Source: Candidatus Poribacteria bacterium
Lineage (GTDB): Bacteria; Poribacteria; WGA-4E; UBA9662
DNA length: 27,752 nucleotides
Direction: 5' to 3'
NCBI GenBank assembly: GCA_046582655.1
Contig: JAYGDX010000317.1
Span: forward strand, 1 to 27,752
The stretch's first letter is position 1. Every line of letters starts with the position of its first letter. Below are positions 18,215 through 27,504 of this stretch, piece by piece. The notes under the pieces are model-generated. The model made no database searches. It was not told the DNA's origin and saw only the letters and a list, made by a program, of their open reading frames with translations. The translations under genes and the position numbers were made by a program.

Positions 18215-18979
18215 ATGATTAAACAAACAGCTACAGGATGGAGTTTTGTGAGAGGTGATTTTACCACCGAAGAATTTCTTAATACGATTGCCAACATTGG
18301 TTATGCGGGTGTTGAAATGATTGATACTGATTATTGGAGTCTGGCCTTTGATCTTGGATTGGTCCTTGCGACGATTGGCGGTCATAATTCATTGATCGAT
18401 GGTCTAAACAAACGGGAGAACCATGATTGGATAGAGGATGAGATCTTTGCTAATATCGAAGTGGCAGTTACAAACAAAATCCCGAATCTTATTTGTTTCT
18501 CAGGAAATCGTTACGATGGGTTAACGGATGAGGCTGGGATTGAGATTACCGCAGAGGGACTTAGTCGGGTTGCCAAAGCGGCTGAAGAGAATAATGTTAC
18601 GCTTGTTCTTGAACTACTTAATAGCAAGGTAGATCATCCTCAATATCAGTGTGATCGAACGGCTTGGGGCGTTGCTGTCTGCCAGAAAGTTAATTCATCA
18701 CACGTCAAGTTGCTCTATGATATCTACCATATGCAGATTATGGAAGGTGATTTGATTCGCACGATTAGTCAAAATATCAATTTTATTGGTCACTTTCATA
18801 CGGCAGGGAATCCAGGTCGTAACAATCTTGATGATAATCAGGAGATATACTATCCTCCTGTCATAAAGGCGATTGTTGAAAACGGGTATAACGGTTATAC
18901 CGGCCATGAATTTATTGCTCAAGGTGACCCGGTTGAGGCCTTACAGCAGGCGTACAATCTCTGCCAAATGAGTTGCTAG
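18215..18979 (+). CDS. Hydroxypyruvate isomerase family TIM-barrel protein
   Basis: LICFSGNR, LELLNSKVDHP.YQCD, KLLYDIYHMQIMEGD, HFHTAGNPGR, GHEF. Confidence 0.92.
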   Translation: MIKQTATGWSFVRGDFTTEEFLNTIANIGYAGVEMIDTDYWSLAFDLGLVLATIGGHNSLIDGLNKRENHDWIEDEIFANIEVAVTNKIPNLICFSGNRYDGLTDEAGIEITAEGLSRVAKAAEENNVTLVLELLNSKVDHPQYQCDRTAWGVAVCQKVNSSHVKLLYDIYHMQIMEGDLIRTISQNINFIGHFHTAGNPGRNNLDDNQEIYYPPVIKAIVENGYNGYTGHEFIAQGDPVEALQQAYNLCQMSC

Positions 18980-18999
18980 ATGTTTAAAAGCATTTAGAG

Positions 19000-19449
19000 G
19001 TGATCCTATTGGGCGGAATTAAATACACGAAGACACACGAATGGATTATGATAACTGATGAAAGCAGTTGGATTGCCACGATGGGTATTGCTGAACATGC
19101 CCAGTTAATTCATGGCAACATTGTATTTATTGAAATGGCCGAAATTGGCGATGAATTTGAAGCTGAGGAAATAATTGGTCAGATTAACGCGGTGAGCGGA
19201 GAAACAATTCCCATTCATATACCTGTCACCGGTGAAGTTATTGAGATCAATGAGTTAATTGAAGAAAACATTGATCTCATCAATCAATCCCCAGAGGGTG
19301 ATGGTTGGATTCTTAAAATTGCTTTTGAAAGTAGTGTCGAATTTGAATCTTTGATGGATCAGGATGATTACAATATGTATCGGGATGATCACGATATGTA
19401 TAAGGAAGATGACGACTTAGATCCTGATTACTTTTATGATGATGCGTAA
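19000..19449 (+). CDS. Glycine cleavage H-protein-like protein lacking the lipoyl-lysine
   Basis: KYTKTHEWI, GIAEHAQ..GNIVFIE, PVTGEVIEINE, INQSPEGDGWILKI. The canonical ESVKA site reads NAVSG. Acidic C-terminal tail. Confidence 0.88.
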   Translation: MILLGGIKYTKTHEWIMITDESSWIATMGIAEHAQLIHGNIVFIEMAEIGDEFEAEEIIGQINAVSGETIPIHIPVTGEVIEINELIEENIDLINQSPEGDGWILKIAFESSVEFESLMDQDDYNMYRDDHDMYKEDDDLDPDYFYDDA

Positions 19450-19467
19450 CGAGTATAAAAGTGATTA

Positions 19468-20397
19468 TTAATCTGTTTCCGTCACAAATATTTGTCGTGT
19501 AATCGTATGTTTTTTGGCATTGATACGTTGTCGAATACGATAACCAAGATCAAGAAGATCAGCGGTTAGATCTCTGATTGCTACGAATGTCGTTTTAGGG
19601 GCCAGATGGCGTGTATTCTGCATAATCTCCCTTTCCTGAGCTCTGCTAGCAATCAGCGTAATGCCGTAAGGTAGGTTAGTGATAACTGCGTCAAATTGTC
19701 CGCTAACCTTTGTTGCATCAGCTAAGTTAATCTCGCCCTGTAAGTTGTAATGTGCTAAATTTCGCCGTGCTGCTTCAACCATCTTGTAATTGTTGTCGCA
19801 GCCAAACACTTTAATATCCATCAATGCGGCTTCAATCAGAATCGTTCCTGTTCCACAACATGGGTCCAAGATGCAATCGCCTGGGGCTGCAGTTAGATTA
19901 ACGACTGTGCGTGCCAAACGTGTTGGAAGGGAACTTGATGTACTGTGTGGTCGTTTCGTATGCTGATACCACTTGCCATCTGATTCAGACGAAACTTTGC
20001 CGAAATAAATTTTTGTTTTTGTTACTAATACTAAGAAAACAACACTTGGTTGATCAAGATTCGGGTTGCCACCGATGACAGCTCCCACTTGATGTGCAAT
20101 GGATTTGGTATCGGCTTTGAGTTTGCGTGGACGTTTTGCAACGGAAACACGAAAGCCATCCATGTGCAGTTGCATGTTTTTAATCTGGCTGACGATTTCG
20201 GAAATGTGCTCTGCTTCAAAAATAATATCAATACACATTTTGACGTAGGCTCCTCGGCTTACGTCAACACATTTCTCCGAGATGGCGATGCCAAGTGAGT
20301 TTGGTATCGCTCCGACCAAAGCTGCAGTTTCTAACCTGATGAGATCGCCGTTTTGGTCTGGGACAGCAGTTAGGTAAAGGTATCTGGCGGGACACAT
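19468..20397 (-). CDS. THUMP-associated SAM-dependent RNA methyltransferase (Trm11/Trm14-like)
   Basis: SSLPTRLAR..VNL, ILDPCCGTGTILIEA, VITNLPYG amino-methyltransferase motif; THUMP-like N-terminal segment (FRVSV...NLDQP). Confidence 0.85.
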   Translation of the reverse strand: MCPARYLYLTAVPDQNGDLIRLETAALVGAIPNSLGIAISEKCVDVSRGAYVKMCIDIIFEAEHISEIVSQIKNMQLHMDGFRVSVAKRPRKLKADTKSIAHQVGAVIGGNPNLDQPSVVFLVLVTKTKIYFGKVSSESDGKWYQHTKRPHSTSSSLPTRLARTVVNLTAAPGDCILDPCCGTGTILIEAALMDIKVFGCDNNYKMVEAARRNLAHYNLQGEINLADATKVSGQFDAVITNLPYGITLIASRAQEREIMQNTRHLAPKTTFVAIRDLTADLLDLGYRIRQRINAKKHTITRQIFVTETD

Positions 20398-20404
20398 CTG
20401 CGGG

Positions 20405-20434
20405 ATGTTATCATAATCTTGTATTACTAGTCAA
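20405..20434 (-). promoter_or_regulatory. sigma70 promoter of the methyltransferase gene (probably leaderless transcript)
   Basis: Minus strand TTGACT (20434-29), 18 bp, TGa-TAACAT (20410-05), 7 nt, ATG (20397). Confidence 0.6.
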
Positions 20435-20448
20435 AGGAGATTAAAGTT

Positions 20449-20976
20449 ATGCTGATAAGTTTTTCACTAATCCTCTTTAATCAGTTATCGAAAGCGGAAG
20501 AACTTTTCCAAGAAGGGAATTCTTTACTGGAAGAAGGCCATATGCTAGAAGCGATTGATAAATACATTGAAGTTACCAATGCTGATTCAGGACATATGAA
20601 TGCTTACGCCAACCGTGGGCTTGCTTATTCCTATATGGAGGATTACGAGCAGGCAATTAAGGATTTTACAAAAGCAATGGAGCTTGATCCAGAACAGGAA
20701 AATCCGGAATTGCCAACGCTTTTCCTCAACCGAGGATTCGCGTATTCAAACACAGACGAAGTCGAAAAAGCATTTGAGGACTACGGTCGAGCACTACAAA
20801 TGAACCCCGCGTTCGCGGAAATATTTTGTAACCGAGGCATGCTCAACCAGAAACAGCAGCTCATAGAAAGAGCAATATCCGATTATCGAATGGCAGCAGA
20901 CTGTGCCCCAGAATCTGAAGCTGGTTTACTGGCATTTCGGTTGCTAGGCGCGCTTGAAGAAGGACAAGAAAACTAG
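20449..20976 (+). CDS. Small TPR protein
   Basis: Repeats AYANRGLAY...AIKDFTKAMELDP, FLNRGFAY, FCNRGML; RBS AAAGGAG. Confidence 0.92.
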   Translation: MLISFSLILFNQLSKAEELFQEGNSLLEEGHMLEAIDKYIEVTNADSGHMNAYANRGLAYSYMEDYEQAIKDFTKAMELDPEQENPELPTLFLNRGFAYSNTDEVEKAFEDYGRALQMNPAFAEIFCNRGMLNQKQQLIERAISDYRMAADCAPESEAGLLAFRLLGALEEGQEN

Positions 20977-21010
20977 AATTCAGACACGGATAATGGAGTT
21001 TTTTAAATCA

Positions 21011-22774
21011 ATGTCACTGATTCAATTGGAAAACATCACCAAATCATATGGGAAGCAACAGGTTCTAACTGATATTTCCCTGAAAATTAACGATGGTGAC
21101 CGTTTAGGACTTGTTGGTCGAAACGGTTCAGGTAAAACTACACTCACTAACATTATTGCTGGTCAAGTTTTCGACTTTGAAGGAAAGTTGAATAAAGCAG
21201 GGCATGCCAAAATTGGTTGCTTTCAGCAAGACGCACAATTAGATTCAGAGACAACATTGCGTCAGGAGATGCTAAAAGTATTCCATGACCTGCGTAATAT
21301 CGAGGATGAAATCCTACTTACCTGTGAGAAACTAGATCATCAACCGGGTAACCAGGGTTTGATTGATAAACTGTCATTACTACAGGTAGAACATGAACAG
21401 CTCGGTGGTTATGACTATGAATACCAGATTGAAAAAACCTTGTATGGATTAGGGTTTACTGAATTAGAATTTAATCTACAGGTAAGCTTGTTGAGTGGTG
21501 GACAGAAAAGCCGAGCTCGGCTCGGCAAGTTTCTACTGCAAAAACCGGATCTGCTTCTACTTGATGAACCGACTAACCATCTTGATATCAATGCAATTCA
21601 GTGGTTGGAAATTTTTATCAAAACTGAGTTTAAAGGTGCAGTTCTTACAATTTCTCACGATCGCTACTTTCTTAACCGAGTTTCAGATAAAATTGTTGAG
21701 CTTAATAACTACCGAATCAAAGAATATCGTGGAAACTACACGTTGTATTTGAAAACGAAGGAAATTGAAGATTTAACCCAGGAACGACTATACAACAAAC
21801 AGCAACAGCGCATCGCACATGAAGAAGAATTCATCCAACGAAATATAGCAGGACAACGCTCGCGTGAAGCCAAAGGACGGCAAAAAAAACTGGACCGACT
21901 TAAACGTATCGAAAAACCGACGTCTCAACTGCCAGCAATGAAACTTAATTTTGTAACCGCTGTCCGAGGTGGAAATGACATTCTGAAATGTTGGGATCTG
22001 GGCATCAGTTTCGGTGGGAAAGCTATATTTGCGGGGATCAATGCCGAAGTTTTTCGGCAGGATGTTGTTGGTTTAATCGGTCCCAATGGTGTTGGGAAAA
22101 CGACTTTTTTCCGTCTAATATTAGGTGAAATAGAACCAACCCTGGGAAAATTAAAACTCGGTCAAAACTTAAAAATTGGCTACTATGATCAGGAAATGAA
22201 AGGATTGAACCCATCAAACACCATTATTAATGAGATTAGCGAGCTCAAACCGGATTGGACACAGGAGGAACTCCGAAATTACTTGGCTCGTTTTCTCTTT
22301 TGGCACGATGATGTTTTCAAAGTAATCACCAACCTCAGCAATGGAGAACATGCACGCCTTATATTTTCCAAGCTTCTGTTGGATCAACCTAATCTTTTGC
22401 TTCTCGACGAACCAACTAATCACTTGGATATTCCATCAATCGAAGCGCTTGAGGTTGCACTAAACGATTACTCGGGAACGATACTGGTAATATCACATGA
22501 TCGGCACTTCCTCAACAAGATTGCAAACAAATTTTTGGTTTTTGGAAACGGCAGAGCGGCACTGTTTCAGGGAATCTATACAGAGTATGAAGCGCACCCG
22601 CAGAATCACCAAAGATCTGAAACATCAACATCGGTCGGAGGGAAAAAAGAGAGAAGAAAAAAAGAAACCCTAAGCAAGAATGATAGCTCGAAAGAACGTG
22701 TCCTAATTGCTACAGAATCAAAAAAAACAAAACGAAAAAAACGAAAAGTTTCTCAGAATTTTCTTAGCCAGTAA
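21011..22774 (+). CDS. ABC-F family ATPase (ribosome-associated)
   Basis: Tandem ABC domains without TM segments: GRNGSGKTT / LSGGQ / LLLDEPTNHLD / SHDR, helical linker, GPNGVGKTT / LSNGE / LLLDEPTNHLD / SHDR. Start is 21011 or 20993. Confidence 0.96.
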   Translation: MSLIQLENITKSYGKQQVLTDISLKINDGDRLGLVGRNGSGKTTLTNIIAGQVFDFEGKLNKAGHAKIGCFQQDAQLDSETTLRQEMLKVFHDLRNIEDEILLTCEKLDHQPGNQGLIDKLSLLQVEHEQLGGYDYEYQIEKTLYGLGFTELEFNLQVSLLSGGQKSRARLGKFLLQKPDLLLLDEPTNHLDINAIQWLEIFIKTEFKGAVLTISHDRYFLNRVSDKIVELNNYRIKEYRGNYTLYLKTKEIEDLTQERLYNKQQQRIAHEEEFIQRNIAGQRSREAKGRQKKLDRLKRIEKPTSQLPAMKLNFVTAVRGGNDILKCWDLGISFGGKAIFAGINAEVFRQDVVGLIGPNGVGKTTFFRLILGEIEPTLGKLKLGQNLKIGYYDQEMKGLNPSNTIINEISELKPDWTQEELRNYLARFLFWHDDVFKVITNLSNGEHARLIFSKLLLDQPNLLLLDEPTNHLDIPSIEALEVALNDYSGTILVISHDRHFLNKIANKFLVFGNGRAALFQGIYTEYEAHPQNHQRSETSTSVGGKKERRKKETLSKNDSSKERVLIATESKKTKRKKRKVSQNFLSQ

Positions 22775-25421
22775 GTTTCTCTTTAAGTTTCTGCTGGATT
22801 TCCTCCATCATGACCCCATCGCGTATTTTCTTGCCATTCTGATCTGAAACGTAGAATGAATCGATAGCCATCATTGCTTGTGTTGTCACCTTTGCCAGTG
22901 AAACATTCAAGCCGAGTTCATATAACACAGTTGAAATGGCATAAAGAAGTCCAAGCCTATCCTTGGCACGTATATCGATGATAGTTTCTTGATCAGATTC
23001 AATGTTGTCAAAACGGATCTCTGGATGTTCTGATGAAGGCTGTGCCCTCATTTGTGATTTAGGGGTATTAGGTTCCCCAACGATTTCTTCTATAAGTTTT
23101 TCGTTTTGCCATACTGCTGTCAACGTTTCTTCGATCTTTTCGCGTCGCTTAGGTGTCATGATCGGCGTTTCCGTATTTTGCCCTTGATTTAAATCAATTT
23201 CATTTATAGTAAACACATAGATAGCATATCCATCTTTTCTGGTGTTGACTGAAGCACTCATAGTATTGATATTTTCAGAGACTAAGACACCTGCAACCTT
23301 CCGAAAATCTCCACGCTCAATGTGGGCACAGATACCAAGTTGCGCGTAGTTATCTCCTTCCTCAAAACAGGTTAATACAAACGGATTATCTTCCAGCTTT
23401 TCTATCAGCCTAATTTGCTTGACGATAAATTCTGGTTTATAGAAGATAAGCTCATGCCTCGGCATTTGCATGAAATGCTGTTCGATACTTTCCATATTGA
23501 TTTCTTGACCAATTAAGTCGATAACGTCTTTTTTTAGTTTGGTAATCCTGAACTCACCGGTTTCTCCTCTCAGGAATTCAAGTGTCCGTACATAGAGATC
23601 CTGAAGTAGAATGGCATTCCAACTGTTCCAGATTGATGGTGAAACGGCACGGATGTCAGCGAATGTCAAGAGATATAACATTTTAAGTTGGCTTTCATTA
23701 CCAACCAAATCCGCAAAATTCTGAATGACCTTGATATCATCTAAATCGCGTTGTTGTGCAATATGACTCATATGCAGATGGTTTCCCACTAGAAAGAGAA
23801 CTAAATCCTGATCTTCCTGCTCAAGGCCAAGCCGCTCAAGCACATCTACCGACATTTTCACGCTGTATGGATCATGATTGCCATAATTTTGTACCCCCTT
23901 ACCAACGTCGTGTAATAGAATTGCCAGCCTGAGAATTTCCGGCTTTTCGATTTCCTGCATGATATCAATAAAAATTTGACCGTTCTCAATATCTTTGAGT
24001 GTTTCTTCTTCAAGATTTTCGATAGCGTAAAGTGTGTGTTCATCAACCGTATACTGATGAAAATAATCAAATTTTACTAAGGAGCGAATTGTCGCAAATT
24101 CAGGGATATAGTGATCAAGTACTTGCCAGCGGTGCATACGGCGCAAGGTCACAGCAACATTTTTTGGATAACGTAAAATTGACATGAACGATTCTGCAAC
24201 TGTAGGAGAGTGTCGAAAGTCGTCATCGATCAAGTCGAGGCTTGTGGCTATAACATTTCGGACGTTAGCACTAATAGGGAATTGGTTCTTGATAGTTCCG
24301 TGGACTTGTTGACGATAAGCGAACAATTTCATCAACCGTGAAAGGTCGTGGCCTTTAAAGTCACTATATCCTTTTTGGAAAGCGATTTCACCATTTTTTA
24401 TGACAAACCCGTCACCTATTGACTTTTGCCATTGGTGAATTAACCAGTGCGTTAAACTGTAGGCTCGGTGGCGTGTTTGATCTATAATCAGCTTGGCAAA
24501 TTCATAGATGTGTTCGGCATGGAGATAATAATCTCTCATCAGAAATTCTTCAGCGAGTGTGTATGCTTTGTCTTTGTAACCAAGGTTTTTGGAGGCTTTC
24601 TCCTGTAATTCAAAATTAAGTTTATCGTTTTTTCGACCGCTGATATAGTGCAGTTCGTTTCTCAAGTGTAAGAGGAAATCGATTGATTCAGTGCATCTGC
24701 GATAAAACGCTTCTGAAATAACGCCGTGTTTCCATAACTGGTCAATTTTGTTGATGCCATAACTGACCGAAGTCAGCCAGACTGCAGTGTGAAAATCACG
24801 TAATCCGCCGACACTTTCCTTTAAATTCGGTTCTTGTAAGTAAATTGTTGATCCATACGCCTGATGTCGATCTTCCCACTCTTCGATTTTCTTGTTTATG
24901 AATGTTTTGACTTGTTTTTTGAAGACATTCTTGGATATTTGTTTCTTAAATTTTTGGTATACGGTTCGTGCTCCAACAATGTAACGTGCCTCAATCATCG
25001 ACGTTCTCGAGAAGATGTCTTCTGATGTCACTTGAACACAATCCTTAATTGAACGGCAACTATGTCCAACATCAAAACCGATATCCCAGAGCGCGGTGAT
25101 TACCTTCGTTGCAAACAGTTCAATGTATTCGAGCTTTATTTTATTGTCGTCGTAGACAATCATAATATCAATATCGGAGTATAAATTTAAGTCCTCACGA
25201 CCGTATCCGCCTACTGCGAGAATAACGACTGGGGTTCTTGCCAAGAGGATGCCTTCTTCAAGCGTAGATCGGTAGATCCGTTTGACAACCGAATCGGCCA
25301 AACAGGTGTATTCCAGCACAATCTCCTGCCCACCAATTCCAAATTGATGACGATTACGGATTCGATCCCGCTCTTTAAGGCAAAAAGCCTTTAGTTCGGC
25401 GTTTAAACTTTGTTGTTCCAT
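22764..25421 (-). CDS. glnD: [Protein-PII] uridylyltransferase / uridylyl-removing enzyme
   Basis: NTase AVGGYGREDL..YSDIDI, EPNLKESVGGLRD, FHQYTVDEHT, LLHDVGKG (HD domain), C-terminal ACT (DRLGLLY..., AIDSFYV). Confidence 0.97.
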   Translation of the reverse strand: MEQQSLNAELKAFCLKERDRIRNRHQFGIGGQEIVLEYTCLADSVVKRIYRSTLEEGILLARTPVVILAVGGYGREDLNLYSDIDIMIVYDDNKIKLEYIELFATKVITALWDIGFDVGHSCRSIKDCVQVTSEDIFSRTSMIEARYIVGARTVYQKFKKQISKNVFKKQVKTFINKKIEEWEDRHQAYGSTIYLQEPNLKESVGGLRDFHTAVWLTSVSYGINKIDQLWKHGVISEAFYRRCTESIDFLLHLRNELHYISGRKNDKLNFELQEKASKNLGYKDKAYTLAEEFLMRDYYLHAEHIYEFAKLIIDQTRHRAYSLTHWLIHQWQKSIGDGFVIKNGEIAFQKGYSDFKGHDLSRLMKLFAYRQQVHGTIKNQFPISANVRNVIATSLDLIDDDFRHSPTVAESFMSILRYPKNVAVTLRRMHRWQVLDHYIPEFATIRSLVKFDYFHQYTVDEHTLYAIENLEEETLKDIENGQIFIDIMQEIEKPEILRLAILLHDVGKGVQNYGNHDPYSVKMSVDVLERLGLEQEDQDLVLFLVGNHLHMSHIAQQRDLDDIKVIQNFADLVGNESQLKMLYLLTFADIRAVSPSIWNSWNAILLQDLYVRTLEFLRGETGEFRITKLKKDVIDLIGQEINMESIEQHFMQMPRHELIFYKPEFIVKQIRLIEKLEDNPFVLTCFEEGDNYAQLGICAHIERGDFRKVAGVLVSENINTMSASVNTRKDGYAIYVFTINEIDLNQGQNTETPIMTPKRREKIEETLTAVWQNEKLIEEIVGEPNTPKSQMRAQPSSEHPEIRFDNIESDQETIIDIRAKDRLGLLYAISTVLYELGLNVSLAKVTTQAMMAIDSFYVSDQNGKKIRDGVMMEEIQQKLKEKLTG

Positions 25422-25439
25422 TTACGTTCTGAACTGTAT

Positions 25440-26480
25440 TTATAATCCACCACGTGCTTCAACAAACGCCATCACCTCGTCATAAGTTGGCATAAAGTTA
25501 GCACATCCATGTTTGGTTACAACTATGGCTCCACAGGCATTACCGAGTCGGGCGGATTCGTACCATCCCCAACCGTTTATATACCCATAGATGAAACCTG
25601 ATGCAAAAGCATCACCAGCTCCCAAGATATTGTAAATATCAACTGGAAAACCGAGCGCATCCATCTGTTCTAGCGATCCATCTTCCGACTTTAGATGTAC
25701 GCGTACACCGTTAGATCCACGTTTTTGTAATACTGCTTTTGGACCAAGCGATAGTATGAACTTGATAGCAGCATCAACATCACCATGTACTTTTGTATCG
25801 GAAACCTGTGAATCTGTTAACTCCATCTGACTGGGATCCATCAGCATCACGGCGTTAATTTCATCGTCCGTACCAAGCACGATGTCAACATTTGACAATA
25901 CGGAACGGATAACAACACCGAATGCTCGTGGATCATGCCACTGGTCTGGCCGGAAATCGATGTCAAGAATCACTTCTGTGTCAGATTGTTGAGCTAACTC
26001 AACTGCAAACAAGGTTGCACTGCGACAAGGATCCTGATACAGATTTGTTCCAGCAAATTGGAAAACACGACTCTCAGCAATAGGGGTTGCTAACACGTCA
26101 TCGATCGTCAATTCGATATCAGCACAATTATCTCGGTAATAGACCAAAGGAAATTTGTTGGGAGGTTCAATACCAAGGGCTACCGCGCTGGTGCGATGCC
26201 CCGCCTTTCGCGGGCTGAATTGGGTCTCTACACCTTCCTTCCTGAGAAAATCTAGGATAAAATCACCGACTGGGTCGTTGCCAAAGCCGGTTAATATCGC
26301 TGTTTTTGAGCCTAATCGACGTAGGCCAACGCTGATGTTTGTGGGTGAACCTCCAACATAAGCAGCAAAACTTTTGATGCTGACAAAAGGCGAACCCACT
26401 TCGTTTGCGTATAGATCTATACTCGATCGTCCCATATGTATGGAATCATAGGTATATTCTACTAAAGCTTTTTGTTCCAT
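25440..26480 (-). CDS. iolC: 5-dehydro-2-deoxygluconokinase (PfkB family)
   Basis: MGRSSIDLY, YVGGSPTNI, FPLVYYRDNCAD, DIDFRPDQW, LGAGDAFASG; adjacent to iolB. Confidence 0.93.
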   Translation of the reverse strand: MEQKALVEYTYDSIHMGRSSIDLYANEVGSPFVSIKSFAAYVGGSPTNISVGLRRLGSKTAILTGFGNDPVGDFILDFLRKEGVETQFSPRKAGHRTSAVALGIEPPNKFPLVYYRDNCADIELTIDDVLATPIAESRVFQFAGTNLYQDPCRSATLFAVELAQQSDTEVILDIDFRPDQWHDPRAFGVVIRSVLSNVDIVLGTDDEINAVMLMDPSQMELTDSQVSDTKVHGDVDAAIKFILSLGPKAVLQKRGSNGVRVHLKSEDGSLEQMDALGFPVDIYNILGAGDAFASGFIYGYINGWGWYESARLGNACGAIVVTKHGCANFMPTYDEVMAFVEARGGL

Positions 26481-26495
26481 CAATCTAACCTCAGT

Positions 26496-27395
26496 TTAGT
26501 ATAGTGGCAATCGATCATCGACGTGTTGGTAGGAATCCTTGACCCAAGAAAAATTTGGATCATCCTGATTGGCTAAGCTCTGGGCACTCCCTGCTAGCAC
26601 GTTCAAATAATAGGTCAGATAACCAGGAGCACTTACCACCGGGTGATACCCTTCGGGAACCAAAACAGCTGAGTTATCTGTTGCACGGATTAGGGCATCA
26701 ATTGGGTATCCTGCTTGATGGATTGGTGAGTTTTCATCCGTGTAGATACGTTGATATGCGTATCCTTTGGGGTCGTTAATCTTGTAGAAATATATTTCCT
26801 CCAAGTCTGCCTCAATTAAAGTGCCGTCCTCATCCTCAATATGCACGTCGTGTTTGTGCGGTGGATAGCTGCTCCAATTCCCGCTTGGTGTATAGACTTC
26901 TACTAACACCAAACGGTGTACAGGTGAACCCGGAGGTAGTAGGTCATTGATTTGACGACTGACATTATCTCCGCCACGGATAGAGATCGGAACTTGATCA
27001 GAGGAAATCAGCCATGGGTCATTTTCCTCATCAGTTGGAACCCAAGCAATCGCGAATTCACCTGCGATTTCGGCATTAATCGTAAAGTTAGTGTGGCAAG
27101 GGAGGTAAAGTGCTGACCCCGCCCCCGTAAAAACATTTTCACGATCACCAAACCCCGTCCATTTCCCTAGGTTTGACAGCACCGAATACTGGCCGCTCAG
27201 ATTGACAATGACGAGTTCATTATCAGCAGTTTTAAAGGACCAATTTTGATCTTTTTCCAATCGTCGAACTTCAAACGAAATTAATTCCCAGCCAGCCTTT
27301 TCTGGCGTAATAGAGAGGACTCGATCTGGCTCATCTCTATTGTTGTCTGGTAATACCAATAGATTTTCTGAGGTATATTGTAATTGTGCAGTCAT
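26496..27395 (-). CDS. iolB: 5-deoxy-glucuronate isomerase
   Basis: EVYTPSGNWSSYPPHKHD, LEEIYFY, VPEGYHP, YYLNVLAG; RBS AGGAG upstream. Confidence 0.96.
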   Translation of the reverse strand: MTAQLQYTSENLLVLPDNNRDEPDRVLSITPEKAGWELISFEVRRLEKDQNWSFKTADNELVIVNLSGQYSVLSNLGKWTGFGDRENVFTGAGSALYLPCHTNFTINAEIAGEFAIAWVPTDEENDPWLISSDQVPISIRGGDNVSRQINDLLPPGSPVHRLVLVEVYTPSGNWSSYPPHKHDVHIEDEDGTLIEADLEEIYFYKINDPKGYAYQRIYTDENSPIHQAGYPIDALIRATDNSAVLVPEGYHPVVSAPGYLTYYLNVLAGSAQSLANQDDPNFSWVKDSYQHVDDRLPLY

Positions 27396-27504
27396 CAAAT
27401 TCTCCTAAGATTCCTACTCAGTAATATAGGCGAGGGTATCATGACATCCTAAGAAACGCAACCCAAATAAAACCAGAAACTGTTAAAAAATCAGTAAATT
27501 TATA

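Noticed and set aside
16120..19449. Idea that AcpS phosphopantetheinylates the Ser replacing the lipoyl-Lys in the GcvH-like protein
   Set aside because: AcpS recognises helical ACP domains with a DSL motif, not beta-hairpin lipoyl domains; proximity alone is insufficient.
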